DNA of 63,765 nt, filler included, from Stramenopiles sp. TOSAG23-3 (GCA_900128585.1; 10 parts of 10 records of this genome joined end to end with filler, not necessarily neighbours in it), one strand, 5' to 3'; positions 32,631 through 43,741 are shown, numbered from the whole stretch's first letter. Made by a program: numbers and translations. The notes: generated from the letters alone by a model not told the origin.

Positions 32631-33229
32631 ACATTATTATTATTTGTTCATTATTACTATTATTATTATTACTTTTATTATTTGTTACTATAGGCTTTAA
32701 CGCTGGGAATAAAAACACATTGTGATAGTAATACATTATCTTAAAAACACATTCTAATAGTAATACATTATCTAAAGACGAATTTAAACACATTCTCATA
32801 CTAATNNNNNNNNNNNNNNNNNNNNNNNNNNNNNNNNNNNNNNNNNNNNTTAATTAATTAANNNNNNNNNNNNNNNNNNNNNNNNNNNNNNNNNNNNNNN
32901 NNNNNGAAAGAAAGAAAGGAAGGAAAGATAAAATGGCTCCTCCACAAAAACAACAACCTTCTTCCTTTTTTTTTTGTAGAGTTAGCTCTATCAAATTATT
33001 ACTCTGCTCTCTCTGATCTTGCCTTCCTGCCGCCTCTCTTTTTGTTTTTAACACTTCAATTCATTTTGCCCTTACGACCTACGACCTACGAACCTATTAA
33101 TATTAATAATACCTATTAAGTCCATCTTAAATAATTGGCACTCTCTCTCTTCGTTCTCCTCTGCTTTTCTTGTGTCGTCGTTTTTTTATTAATAATAAAA
33201 CATTGAAATTTCTATTCTTTTTTTCTTTC

Positions 33230-33522
33230 GACTCTTCTTCTTTCTTTCTTTCTTTCTTTCTTTCGACACTTTCTTTCTTCTTCTTCTCTCTTCTATCTTC
33301 TTCTCTCTTCTTCTCTCTTCTTCTCTCTTCTTTCTTCTTTCTTCTTCTTCTTCTTCTTCTTCTTCTTCTTTCTTCTTCTTTTCTCTTCTTCTTCTTTTAT
33401 CTTCTTCTTCTTTCTTCTTCTTCTTCTTCTTCTTCTTTTTCTTCTTCTTTCTTCTTCTTCTTTCTTCTTCTTCTTCTTCTTCTTCTTCTTTCTTCTTCTT
33501 CTTCTTCTTCTTCTTCTTCTTC
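33230..33522. repeat. (CTT)n-rich low-complexity tract; similar tracts near 10668-10876, 43865-44005, 56265-56528, 60249-60390, 61797-61957
   Basis: Direct inspection; many contigs end in such tracts. Confidence 0.95.
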
Positions 33523-34076
33523 TATTATTATTTATATTTATATCTAAAATAATAATAATACCTCCTCGTTCGTAGAAAAAAGAAGAACAGTTAAAAACAT
33601 TATTATTTTTTATAATTTTAACTTTAAAATGCTATACAGTGTACATTATATTGCTATATAACTTCTTCTATTTTATCTTCTTATTGAATTTGGAGTGAAG
33701 TGAACTTTTTTTTGTATTTATTTAGATGGTGTGTATATGTTAATATCTATTTTTTAACGACGCAAGTTGAATAAAGTACTTTTAAACAACTTAAACTATG
33801 ATATCTACCTATTTAAATTTTTATTGTTGACTTCTACTTGTGTTCAAGAGTACTTTTGTTTGGGTGGTACCATTTTTAATTTGAAAATATATATATTCAT
33901 TATTTAGGTTTGTGAGGAAACCAAAACATTGAAACGATGTTTGACGCAACGAAATAGTTGAGAAAGTGTCTATACATACATCGAGGAAAGTAAAAGAGGA
34001 TTTACCATTCTTACACCGCCCCTCTCAGCCTCCCCCCCGCCCTTTTGTCTTTCTTTCTTGCTTGCGTGCTTTGCCA

Positions 34077-37000
34077 ATGGAAGAGACCACGACGACGACC
34101 AGCCCGGACCACTCGTCCGCTGCCCCGACCCCTGGCAAGTCGAAGGACAGGCGGGGTAAGGATGGGGAGAGGATGAAACGGAAGAAACGGGAACGGCGGA
34201 AGCGGGCAGAGCTGAAAGAGGGCCTTGGTAAAGCGGTCCACGCGAAGCGGGACATCACGCAGGCCCCGGTCGGGCAGACGGCCGTTCTTGCGGAGAACAA
34301 TTTTTACTTCCAACAGCGACGGGGGCGCCTCGACTTGCGGTCCATCGCAAGGGTGGACGTGGAGCGCGTCATCGAGGACGTCGACATCGACACCCTTCAG
34401 TCGTTCCTGGAACCCATCGCCTTCTCAGACTTGGACGTGGACGACATGTCTCGGCATTCGGACGAACACTTTGTCACTCTCTTTCGCCTCTCCCAGCTCA
34501 TCATAGAATACCTTTTGAACGTCCAAAACTCGCTCCTGACCTACGCCAAAGACGCCGAGTCCGAAACGGAAAAGTTAGAGGCCGCCGCGCGGGAGGGGAA
34601 CCGAAGGCTTAAGAGCCGGAAGAAGGCCATGGAAAGTTTGAGGCGGGAGATCAAGCTGAACCGGAAGACCATCGCCACGTACGAGGAAGTCATGAAGCAG
34701 AAGAGCGCGGCCCATGTACAGAGGGTCCAGTCCGACGTCGTTGACCTCGGCGGGCGGAAGTTTGTCGCCGTCGACCACATACGGGCCAAGGCGCAGGGGA
34801 AAAGCCTCGACGACGACCGGGCGCACGGGCGGGCCGAGAGGGCCAGGCGGCTCCAGGACGAAGAGCGGATCGCGGTGGCGGAGAGGGCGCGCGCGGAAGC
34901 CGAGGCCGAGCGCAAAAAGTTAGAGCTGGCCGCCCTCGCAGCACAGCACGAAGCGAAGCTCAAGGCCGTCCTGGAAGCGAAGGAGAAGGAGGACGCGAAG
35001 CTGCGGGAAGAGCTCCAGCGCGAGCGCGAGCTTCGGCAACTCGCGGAGCAAAAGGCAGAGGCGGCGCAGAAGGAGGAGCAGACAGTCCTGGCCAACAACC
35101 AAGTAGAGATGGAGGCCCGGTTTCAAGAGCAGATTCGAAGGATGAAGGAAAGCATGGAGAAAGAAATGGCCGAGCAACGGGCGTTCGCGCAACAGCAAAT
35201 CTCGAACCTCGAGGGGAAGCGCGGGGCCCCGGTCCCGTCGTCCGCGGGGGACCTCGAGAGCGACAGCGAGGACGAGGAAGGGGCAATTCACGACCGCGTG
35301 AGCTGGGGCGCCATGCGCAAAAGCCGCAAAGAGATGGAGGCCCTGATGAAGCAGAAGGAAGCGGAGCTGGAAGAGGCCAGGAAGCTTGCGGAAGCGGCGG
35401 AACGGAAGGTCCAAGAAGAAAAGGAAAAGCGAGAAGGACTCCTCGAGCTGGAGCGGGAGAAGGCCGCAAAGCTGGCGGAAGAGGTGCAAGCGCAGAAAAG
35501 CATCAACGAGGAGTTGGCCCAAGAGAAGGATGAGGCGGTCAACCGCTCCGTCGCCTTGGAAGAGTCCATCACGGAGATTCAAACCATGAACAGCGAAGGG
35601 AAAACGAACGAGGAGCCGGGGCTGGAAACTGTGGAGGCCGCCGAGCCGGTGGAAGCGGTAGAAGAGGAGACAGAAAAGAAGACCTTCTACCCCATGTACG
35701 ATTGGAAAGCGGTGCCCGCGAACCACGTGCCGTTCAACGCCCACCAGCTGGACTCCCGCGATGGGCCCCCGAAGGAAGTGAAAATACCGATCATATGGCA
35801 GCTGAACATGTCGCTGGAAGGCGGGAACAACGGGTCCCCCGCTAGCGTAGACGTGCAGACGCGGAGAGAAATGTCCGTTCGCCAAGTGCTGGAAGACGCG
35901 GCGTCCCAACTCGGGGTCGATGCCGACCACCTGTGCCTGATCTACCAACGCCACGAAGACGGGGCGGAAGATTTTCTAAATTTCAACGCCGGGCACCGCG
36001 TTGATAACGCCATGACGGTCGAGTCCGCCGGGATATTCAACCGGCGGCCTCGCCTGTGCCGAGTCGGCGACGTCACGGAGGGCGACGTGCTGCGGTTTGT
36101 GGAAAGTTACGAGTACGCGAAGGAGAACCATTCCCCGTTCGACGACGACGTTCAGGACCAGATGGATCTGTGGGACCAGAAAATTATGAAGTCTGAAAAG
36201 GCCAAGCTTGCGTTGGCAAAACAGCTGAAGCCGCGCCCTCGGCAAGCCACCCAAGCGGCCATGCACGACGGCGTGACGGCCCAGTACGACCACGGAAAAG
36301 GGGACATTGCTGCGGCGGTCGAGGCCATCAAGGCCCAGCTCATACCGGATGAATTGGTGTTCAACGATCTGATGGACCACGACGAAGACGTCCCGATGTA
36401 CATGTTAGACGAGGATTTCGAAGAGCTGATGGAAGAATCCTGGCACGTGAACAAGAAGAAATACGCGAAAACGTCGACGGAAACGGTAGAGGATGAAGTC
36501 GAAAAAATCGTCGAGGCCAACATGAAGGCGCACCTGGCAGAGCGGAAGAAGAAGATGCACAAAAAATGGACCGACATGGACTCCAGAATGGAAGCGTTGC
36601 GCACAAAACACGACGCCATGATCGAAGCCGCAGTCCAATCGCTGAACAGTCGGAACAAGCCGATGACGAAGCTGGAACGAAAGGTTGGCATTCGAAACTT
36701 GTTCACAAAGATGCACAGCCTTTACTTTGGAAAACTTTTGAAGCCCGATATTGTTTCCCAGGCGGACGTAATAAACGAACAGAACTTGGCAGAAAAGCAG
36801 CCAGGAAAGAGAAGAAAAGCCGCAGGAATTTTTGGAGCGGCCAGCCGCGCACTCAACGCTTTTGGCAAAAAAAACAAGGCCTCTTCCAAAGCCAAGATTC
36901 CGCAGAAAAAACCTGCGGTAAAGACGCCCCAAAGAAACCCCCCCGCGAAAAGCAAGAGCCACACGCACCATAAAAAAAAAACAGAAGAAAAAGTAGAATT

Positions 37001-37448
37001 CGAAGAATCCAACGACGACTCCGACGAGGAAAACGAAGACACAGACGACACCGAAGAAGATGTCGGGATGAACGACAGCCTGAAGGCTGATCTGAACAGC
37101 ACAATGGGGTCGGATATTGTAGAGTTCGGAACGCTGGAAATTGGTAACAAGGCGGACAAGTATGAAAATGAAAACAAACCAACGGAAGAGCCACTGAGCG
37201 GTACCCGTGACTTAAAACAAGAGGCGGAGGCAGAAATGATCAAAGTGCAAGGGGCAAATTTGGACGTCCCCGACCGCGAGGAGGAGCCGGCGGTCGCAAT
37301 GACCCCAGTCAGAGCGAACAAAAGAGAGAGAAGTTCGCCATTAGAGGACGAGTTCGAAGACGACAGCGATGAAGGCAGCTGGGATGAGGATAGCATGACG
37401 CTGTCTCCAAACCCTCAGAAAAAACAGCCCAACAACCGTGAAATTTAA
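34077..37448 (+). CDS. DZIP1: DZIP1/Iguana-like ciliary coiled-coil protein
   Basis: Dzip-like N domain FYFQQRRGRLDLRSIARVDVERVIEDVDIDTLQ...LFRLSQLIIEYLL followed by long coiled coils. Confidence 0.8.
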   Translation: MEETTTTTSPDHSSAAPTPGKSKDRRGKDGERMKRKKRERRKRAELKEGLGKAVHAKRDITQAPVGQTAVLAENNFYFQQRRGRLDLRSIARVDVERVIEDVDIDTLQSFLEPIAFSDLDVDDMSRHSDEHFVTLFRLSQLIIEYLLNVQNSLLTYAKDAESETEKLEAAAREGNRRLKSRKKAMESLRREIKLNRKTIATYEEVMKQKSAAHVQRVQSDVVDLGGRKFVAVDHIRAKAQGKSLDDDRAHGRAERARRLQDEERIAVAERARAEAEAERKKLELAALAAQHEAKLKAVLEAKEKEDAKLREELQRERELRQLAEQKAEAAQKEEQTVLANNQVEMEARFQEQIRRMKESMEKEMAEQRAFAQQQISNLEGKRGAPVPSSAGDLESDSEDEEGAIHDRVSWGAMRKSRKEMEALMKQKEAELEEARKLAEAAERKVQEEKEKREGLLELEREKAAKLAEEVQAQKSINEELAQEKDEAVNRSVALEESITEIQTMNSEGKTNEEPGLETVEAAEPVEAVEEETEKKTFYPMYDWKAVPANHVPFNAHQLDSRDGPPKEVKIPIIWQLNMSLEGGNNGSPASVDVQTRREMSVRQVLEDAASQLGVDADHLCLIYQRHEDGAEDFLNFNAGHRVDNAMTVESAGIFNRRPRLCRVGDVTEGDVLRFVESYEYAKENHSPFDDDVQDQMDLWDQKIMKSEKAKLALAKQLKPRPRQATQAAMHDGVTAQYDHGKGDIAAAVEAIKAQLIPDELVFNDLMDHDEDVPMYMLDEDFEELMEESWHVNKKKYAKTSTETVEDEVEKIVEANMKAHLAERKKKMHKKWTDMDSRMEALRTKHDAMIEAAVQSLNSRNKPMTKLERKVGIRNLFTKMHSLYFGKLLKPDIVSQADVINEQNLAEKQPGKRRKAAGIFGAASRALNAFGKKNKASSKAKIPQKKPAVKTPQRNPPAKSKSHTHHKKKTEEKVEFEESNDDSDEENEDTDDTEEDVGMNDSLKADLNSTMGSDIVEFGTLEIGNKADKYENENKPTEEPLSGTRDLKQEAEAEMIKVQGANLDVPDREEEPAVAMTPVRANKRERSSPLEDEFEDDSDEGSWDEDSMTLSPNPQKKQPNNREI

Positions 37449-37930
37449 TGATGCTGGGAAAAAATTAAAACGTTCGCTAAGTAAGGGAGATGCATCTTCT
37501 TTACAACACACATCATAAATTAGGGGAAATATTTAAAGATATTATTCTCTTTTCATTTCTTATAAAAAAATTCATCACTTTTCCTGCTGTTNNNNNNNNN
37601 NNNNNNNNNNNNNNNNNNNNNNNNNNNNNNNNNNNNNNNNNNNNNNNNNNNNNNNNNNNNNNNNNNNNNNNNNNNNNNNNNNNNNNNNTCTTTTGGTTTT
37701 ACTAGTCGATATACCCCTGTGTTGTCTAATATTATTATATATTTAAAGCCCATTTATGCACAGGTCCCACAGATATTGTAAATACAGTACATTATTAACT
37801 ATTTCCCATTTTGTGTTAAAACGAATACATAGTCTTTTATCTAAATTTTTTATCTTTAGGAAACAATATGGTCGTACAGACTTTGCGTTAACCAGGGAAG
37901 TGACAGATGAGAGCACCACGGATTTGAACA

Positions 37931-39601
37931 ATGCGTGATGATGACGAGTTTGCGTTCAAGTATGACGATGGTGATTTTTCTGAAGTGAAACGGGACCCGG
38001 CGTTGTTGTACCTCCTGTGTGAAGCAGGCCGGCCAGGATCAGAGTCTCCGCTTCGCCTGGTTGTAAAACCAAGTTTTCGGTCTATTCTTCATATAATATT
38101 CACATACGTGGTAGGTGATCGGAGAGTGTACTGTGAGTGGGAGGAACACGAGACACTCTACGGCCTTAGTTATGCAAGTTATACCCCGTCGTCGCCAACG
38201 AACGGGGGCGTTGTTCTGTTGTACTTGCATGGCAGCGGCAGTAGAGGTTCAAACTACTCAAAAATGCGGCTTCAGTCGCTACCAAGAATCGTCCAAGAAA
38301 CTGAAAATTTCCCATACCCAGTGATTTGCCCGTTGTGTCCTTTAAAAACAGAATGGTCGAAACCGAAAATGCTCGACAAACTTGGCCGTTTGATTGACGG
38401 TTTCCAGTCGTCTGCTTCCGTCGTTGTTACAGGCCCTAGTATGGGTGGCCTTGGAACATGGATGACCGCAGCGAAATTTTCAGAAAAAATTGCTGCTGCC
38501 ATCCCCATTTGTGGTGGTGGCAAACCGGTTTTTGCCCCACTTGTAGCTCGCAAAGTTCCATGTTGGTTTTTCCACGCGGCAAATGATACCTGCGTTTCTG
38601 TGCTCGAAACGGACAAGCTTGTCGATACTATGCGTTCATTAATTCCTGCTGAACTCCATGACCATTGGGTACGATATTCCCGGTACGATACATGCCTCGC
38701 ACCGTGGAACATTCCGTGGTGCGAGGGGCACGATGCATTTACTCCATGCTACAAGACAGAGTGGGAACAGGTTCGAGTTTGGATAGATGCGATAGCGCTT
38801 GGGCGGCATGAGCAGCCAAGCGACGATGAGTTTTTTCGTTCGCTTGATATAGATCAGGACACGATTGCCGAGTGGAGGGAAGCGTGGGAACTCTTCTCCC
38901 ATCCTACCAATGAACCTTTTCTGGAGAAGGCAGACGTTAATCGACTAGCGAAAGCCCTGGGAATGCCAGGTGGTATTCTCACACCTGGCCCAGGACACTT
39001 TGATCTATTGTTTGTGTTGCCCGGGTGCGATGCGATAGGAAAGGATCGCGAGATTTTTATGGATGCGGGTGGCCGAATTTCTTTCAAAGGCTTTGTCTAC
39101 CTTCTCCATCACAAAATGCAACCCTACGATGGCCCGTGCTGCGAAATTTGTTGTGCAAGATTGTCCAAGATCCCACACTATGATGCATTTGAATGCCGTC
39201 CAAAGGAAGATAAATCGTACTGCGTTTGTTTTGGGAATGAAATGGGGTGCCGAGACGGCCAGGACTTTATAAATTTACAAACCGCATTTGACGCATTTTT
39301 AAAAATTAGTGTATGGCCGGACCAATCCGACCAATCCGAAATCAATGCTTTCCGCAAAACATTTTTCACCGTCATTCGTGAGCGCCTGGACATGGTGTAC
39401 CCAGGGCCGAAGCCGCTCCCTTCTGCTAGCATGATTGCTGCTATTTTGTGCATGGGCCGTAGCCTTCTACCGCCATTGCCCGTTGGCTTGCAGAGACGAA
39501 TATACGAATTCCTTCAGAAACCCCGGGGTGAGTTTGAAATGTACCGTGCTACCTCAGTTTGTGGCATCATCTGCAATTTGATGTATGACGATGGACTATG
39601 A
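37931..39601 (+). CDS. Alpha/beta hydrolase (carboxylesterase/peptidase-like) with a C-terminal EF-hand-like region
   Basis: LYLHGSG, nucleophile GPSMGG, FHAANDTCV, EGHDAF (Ser-Asp-His triad); later IAEWREAWELF and DAGGRISFKGFV. Confidence 0.75.
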   Translation: MRDDDEFAFKYDDGDFSEVKRDPALLYLLCEAGRPGSESPLRLVVKPSFRSILHIIFTYVVGDRRVYCEWEEHETLYGLSYASYTPSSPTNGGVVLLYLHGSGSRGSNYSKMRLQSLPRIVQETENFPYPVICPLCPLKTEWSKPKMLDKLGRLIDGFQSSASVVVTGPSMGGLGTWMTAAKFSEKIAAAIPICGGGKPVFAPLVARKVPCWFFHAANDTCVSVLETDKLVDTMRSLIPAELHDHWVRYSRYDTCLAPWNIPWCEGHDAFTPCYKTEWEQVRVWIDAIALGRHEQPSDDEFFRSLDIDQDTIAEWREAWELFSHPTNEPFLEKADVNRLAKALGMPGGILTPGPGHFDLLFVLPGCDAIGKDREIFMDAGGRISFKGFVYLLHHKMQPYDGPCCEICCARLSKIPHYDAFECRPKEDKSYCVCFGNEMGCRDGQDFINLQTAFDAFLKISVWPDQSDQSEINAFRKTFFTVIRERLDMVYPGPKPLPSASMIAAILCMGRSLLPPLPVGLQRRIYEFLQKPRGEFEMYRATSVCGIICNLMYDDGL

Positions 39602-39979
39602 CTATATTTTTGAAAACGAATATCATATTTTTTATACTTATTAGTACAGCTGTACGAACAGGAGGACTACAGGATTACAGGATACAGGATACAGGATAGA
39701 ATAATAATAAGTCCAATAAAATCTCTTCTTTGAAATTGTTAGTACCAGGTAGTAGATTTTGCAAGTTACTTGTGGTAGTACCGTAGTTAAGTCAACCACC
39801 AAAAAAAAAATACATTAATTAATACGTCGGGAACTCAAATCTTTGAAATTCATTTTTTCTTCTTAGTAGGTTTAAATGCACAATTTTTCCTCAAAACGAT
39901 AGCGCATCTGCCCTCGTTGAAATGTTGCAAATATAAAGTTTCATTAGGGCAGACACCGAAACACACTTTGCAACAACAC

Positions 39980-40915
39980 ATGATTGCTCGATTTTTGGTC
40001 CGGCGGGTTCAAAAACGTCCGGCGTTTTTTTGTGTGCGGGGGAGTGCAACGGCTGGCCCCAATAGTTCGAAAGGGAATGCACCGCCGTTCTTATCTGTTG
40101 CGGCGCCTGTCGGTGTTGTGGCGGGAACGATGGGGGCACTGTGTGGGGTTGGGGGTGGTTTATTGATCATACCTGTACTTAAAACATTTTCAAAACTTTC
40201 AATGCACCAAATAGCGGCGACTTCATTGTGTTCAATTTCAATATCCTCTGCCTTTGCGGCGGGAAGCTACATCTCTCAAGGCGTCGCGGACGTCCCAGTT
40301 GCCACGGTACTTGCTGTTTCTGCAATGATGTCTTCGAAAGCAGGCGCGAAACTTAACCATAAGCTTCCCGCACAGACGTTGTCACGGTTGCTGGGGGGGG
40401 GGATGCTTGTAGCAGTGCCGTTTATTTTGATGAAAAACACAGAAGAAAAGGAAGGTGATGTCAATCCAACTCCGATTGTGTCGAAGGAGAGAGAAGATGG
40501 GGGGAAATTTTGGCTGGGCAAAAATGCACCAACTACAGTAGACGAAATCCCGTCCTGGTTGAGAAAGAATTGGCGCTACATACCAATGGGGATGGCTGTT
40601 GGTTACATATCTGCTCTTCTTGGCCTTGGCGGTGGAATTATGATGACGACAACGTTTTCACTATCGGGGCATTTTTCACAGCACGAAGCGGTGGCTACCA
40701 GTTTGGCTGCGATGGTTCCTGTGGGATTCTCCGCGACTTACTGGCACATGCTCGCTGGTCACGTTCATGTAAAGACTGCCTTGGTCATTGGAATGACATC
40801 GGCATGTTCAATGTACATGGCCGCGCAATACATCGCCCCCCAGTTGGACGAGCCAACCATGCGCAAAATTTTTGCTGGCCTGCTGAGCGTGTCAGCGGTC
40901 AAAATGCTTCTGTAA
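39980..40915 (+). CDS. TauE/SafE-family membrane transporter, probably organelle-targeted
   Basis: Duplicated GVGGG / GLGGG and ATSL motifs; Arg-rich N-terminal presequence. Confidence 0.9.
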   Translation: MIARFLVRRVQKRPAFFCVRGSATAGPNSSKGNAPPFLSVAAPVGVVAGTMGALCGVGGGLLIIPVLKTFSKLSMHQIAATSLCSISISSAFAAGSYISQGVADVPVATVLAVSAMMSSKAGAKLNHKLPAQTLSRLLGGGMLVAVPFILMKNTEEKEGDVNPTPIVSKEREDGGKFWLGKNAPTTVDEIPSWLRKNWRYIPMGMAVGYISALLGLGGGIMMTTTFSLSGHFSQHEAVATSLAAMVPVGFSATYWHMLAGHVHVKTALVIGMTSACSMYMAAQYIAPQLDEPTMRKIFAGLLSVSAVKMLL

Positions 40916-41000
40916 GGTAAATAAGAAATAAATACCATCTTGAAACAGTGGACGGGACGACGGCGGAGAGGGGGGGTGCTGTAAACAACGGCACGGACGG

Positions 41001-41300
41001 TATTATATTTATATCGCGCTTCTGCCTAATTATGCCTAAAATTTCCTAACTTTTCCTAACGCAAATATATTCTAAATTAGTCTATAATCTAATTTTATTT
41101 TAGGATTCTACTGTAAAATCTAACGATATTTTTTTTGATAGAATTAAGGAATAAGTCTAATTACGATCAAAATAACAATTCTATTTGCCTAACGCGTTAC
41201 TAACGCATTACAATGCAGAACACACAATCTAGTTATAATTATAGGACTTATCGACGGCATAATATTATTAGGCAGAAGAAGCGCGATATAAATATTATTA
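41001..41300. mobile_element. Candidate MITE (~300 bp)
   Basis: ATATTTATATCGCGCTTCTGCCTAATTATGCC at the left end pairs with GGCATAAT...TAGGCAGAAG..GCGCGATATAAATAT at the right end, with small indels. Confidence 0.65.
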
Positions 41301-41497
41301 TTAGTATTGTTGAAGTGTTGTTATTATTATTTTATATCCACATATCTACTATCGCATTTCTCGCTCGCACCAAAACCAACTACTGTTTTTTAAATTGACC
41401 GCCAAGGTCACGAGAAAATAAATTGAGAACAAAGAGTATTGGAAAATTGATTCACCAGAGAAGTACAAACTCTATATATTTTGGAAACAACATAACT

Positions 41498-42019
41498 ATG
41501 TTAGTGATATTGGTAGGACCAAAAGGCAGTGGAAAAACAACCATTGGAAAAGTATTGGGAGAAGCCGGTGCCCATATTGCCTTTTTAGAGGTTGAGAAGA
41601 TATTTTTACAAGTGATGCGTAAATGTGACAGTGCTGTTGACAATGTCTTCGAGAAAGTACACGATTCTATTGATGCCCAAATTCTTCAATTGCTTTCCAC
41701 CCACACCACCGTGATTATTGAATCGCTAGGGCTCGGTGCTCCTGGAAAACCTATGGACAAGTTTTTGGAACACTACAAAGAGTTGTTTGGCAAAGTTATC
41801 TTGATCCGCGTTCAGTGTCCTTTGGAAATCTGCCTTGATAGGTGTAAAAAACGAAACAAAACAGATCAAGTGCCGTTAGATTTAGAACGCATAAAAAGTT
41901 ACAACGAGCAGGCTGCCAAGGTCAACCTGCAATGGGACTTGGAATTGAACAATTATGATAGCACAGGTGGTGGGTTGAGCAATGAAGAGATACTTGTTGA
42001 GTGTGCGAGCATTCTGTGA
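41498..42019 (+). CDS. Small P-loop kinase (shikimate/NMP kinase-like)
   Basis: VILVGPKGSGKTT Walker A, VIIES, lid CLDRCKKR. Confidence 0.8.
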   Translation: MLVILVGPKGSGKTTIGKVLGEAGAHIAFLEVEKIFLQVMRKCDSAVDNVFEKVHDSIDAQILQLLSTHTTVIIESLGLGAPGKPMDKFLEHYKELFGKVILIRVQCPLEICLDRCKKRNKTDQVPLDLERIKSYNEQAAKVNLQWDLELNNYDSTGGGLSNEEILVECASIL

Positions 42020-42250
42020 ATTTAAACATTGTAAAAAAAAAGATGGAGATATTTACGGAAATGCGGCAAATAAAATGTTTTAGTGGGAGCTCTTCCAAAA
42101 CCTCCCACCAACAAATTCACTAGAAAAACTGAATGAGAGTAGATTTTTTACGAAAAAAAAATAACAAAACCAAATAAATTTTGTAAATATGAAATTATCT
42201 CTCCAACTCATCTAAAATGAAAAGGTATTAGGTACCAAAAATCTTTATTT

Positions 42251-43741
42251 TTATTTAATCGAGCCAGTCCCCGCGTTGCCCCGGCTAGAACCATTTGATT
42301 CGTCGCCGCTAACGGATTGGTAACCACCGTACCCGGCAACCAACAACGCATCTTCTTTCTCCTCTTCCGCAACCTGGTTCTTCTCTCGCGGGACGTCTGC
42401 AGCGAACAGCAAGCAAAATATACCAGTCGCAATCGTGTAGATAACAGCCGTTACCAAGAAACAGAACTTGTACGTGTATTGCTGCACGAGAAAACCACCG
42501 AGTGCGGCACTCCCTGACCAGGTAAACCTGGTTATCGACTCAAAGCTGTTCCACTTTGCTCGAGACTTTTTTGGGACGCAGTCCATCAAAATGCTCCGCT
42601 TCAAACCCGTCACCCCGTTCATGACGGATGTCCGAATCATGTAGAGGGGTGCCATGACCATAATAAACTGAAATTCGGGGTCGTACAATGCCATCGCATA
42701 AAGGCAGCACGTCCCTATGATTTTCGCTCCTACCATGACGGCCACACGATTGCTGTACTTTGAGGCCGCAATTTTCTGGGCCAACATGGTCGTCCCAGCG
42801 GTCATGATCCGATTAACAAAGTAAATTATGGACAGGGCTATCGGGCTCAACAGGTACCTATCGACAAAGAAGAGCGGGAAGAATTTCACGGTCATCCCAG
42901 CACCTACGGCTGTCCCGAAGTCCCCGATAGCAATGACGTACGGGACGATGTGCCTTGGAACAAAACAGCACGGCAAATCCCCCTCTAATTCGTCGTCGTC
43001 TTCCGGCTCATTTGCCTCCAAAAGCAGTTCTTCGCCTTTTGACGGTGCTATCAACGATATCCTTTTGTCTCCGATGAGGATATCCTTCTCGACGCCGGCG
43101 CGTCTCCCCACTTTGGTTTCGCTTTCGTGTCCCAAAGAGTTGTCGTCGTTGAACAACCACAAAAAAAGCAACGAGACCAGACAAACCCCTGTCCCGAGCA
43201 ACAGCATGATACGTAATTGTGGCAGCTTCCAACCACCGGACAGGCCTTCGCCAAGGACCGCGTAGTACACGATCGTGAGAAATGGTCCGGCTGCGGACGC
43301 GACCTGGATCGTTGCCGCCTTCTTAGAAAACAGTGCGCTCCGCGTGCCCGTCTCAACGCTGTCCGCAAAAATACTTTCCAGGTTCGGGTTGCACAGGACA
43401 GTGAACGCTCCCCAGAGTCCAAACGTTATGTAAAATATGGCCAAGTCTTTCGTTCCCGGTTTTAGCTGTGAAATGACGTAGACGGTCAACACCAGGGTGA
43501 CTACGCCAAAAACGCTGGCCGTGCGAAGCATAGTGTCTCGCCTAAACCAGTCGGAAACGTACCCGATCGGGAACGCTAGAAGGATGGTGGCAATGCCGGA
43601 CGCCCCTGAAATGTCCCCCACGTCCTCGGACGATTTTGTAATCTTGTATATAAATATGGACAGCAAGTCACCTCTAAATATAGACCCTGCCAAGTAGTAC
43701 GTGGAGACGAACAAAAATACCGCTTGAACGTTGCTATTCAA
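42251..43741 (-). CDS. MFS transporter, 5' part missing at the contig end
   Basis: About 12 hydrophobic segments; motif-A-like GYVSDWFRR; no ATG before the linker. Confidence 0.85.
   Translation of the reverse strand: MNSNVQAVFLFVSTYYLAGSIFRGDLLSIFIYKITKSSEDVGDISGASGIATILLAFPIGYVSDWFRRDTMLRTASVFGVVTLVLTVYVISQLKPGTKDLAIFYITFGLWGAFTVLCNPNLESIFADSVETGTRSALFSKKAATIQVASAAGPFLTIVYYAVLGEGLSGGWKLPQLRIMLLLGTGVCLVSLLFLWLFNDDNSLGHESETKVGRRAGVEKDILIGDKRISLIAPSKGEELLLEANEPEDDDELEGDLPCCFVPRHIVPYVIAIGDFGTAVGAGMTVKFFPLFFVDRYLLSPIALSIIYFVNRIMTAGTTMLAQKIAASKYSNRVAVMVGAKIIGTCCLYAMALYDPEFQFIMVMAPLYMIRTSVMNGVTGLKRSILMDCVPKKSRAKWNSFESITRFTWSGSAALGGFLVQQYTYKFCFLVTAVIYTIATGIFCLLFAADVPREKNQVAEEEKEDALLVAGYGGYQSVSGDESNGSSRGNAGTGSIK

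Larger units (their letters stand above)
21946..32640 (+). mobile_element. Probable extent of the Helitron plus linked accessory ORFs; termini not identified
   Basis: The contig has no recognisable host housekeeping gene: only RepHel, tandem repeats and three small ORFs. Confidence 0.55.

Noticed and set aside
21946-32805. Giant virus, Polinton or CRESS virus insertion
   Set aside because: No capsid, packaging ATPase, PolB or integrase; the fused HUH + Pif1 protein is diagnostic of a Helitron.
33170-33547. Poly-L/S/F ORFs (also 43817, 56392, 60193, 61476)
   Set aside because: These are translations of (CTT)n microsatellites.
34541-37396. Long antisense ORFs over DZIP1 (similar ones over WLM, GltS, HDAC, PA-RING)
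   Set aside because: Shadow frames of GC-rich coding sequence with no motifs.
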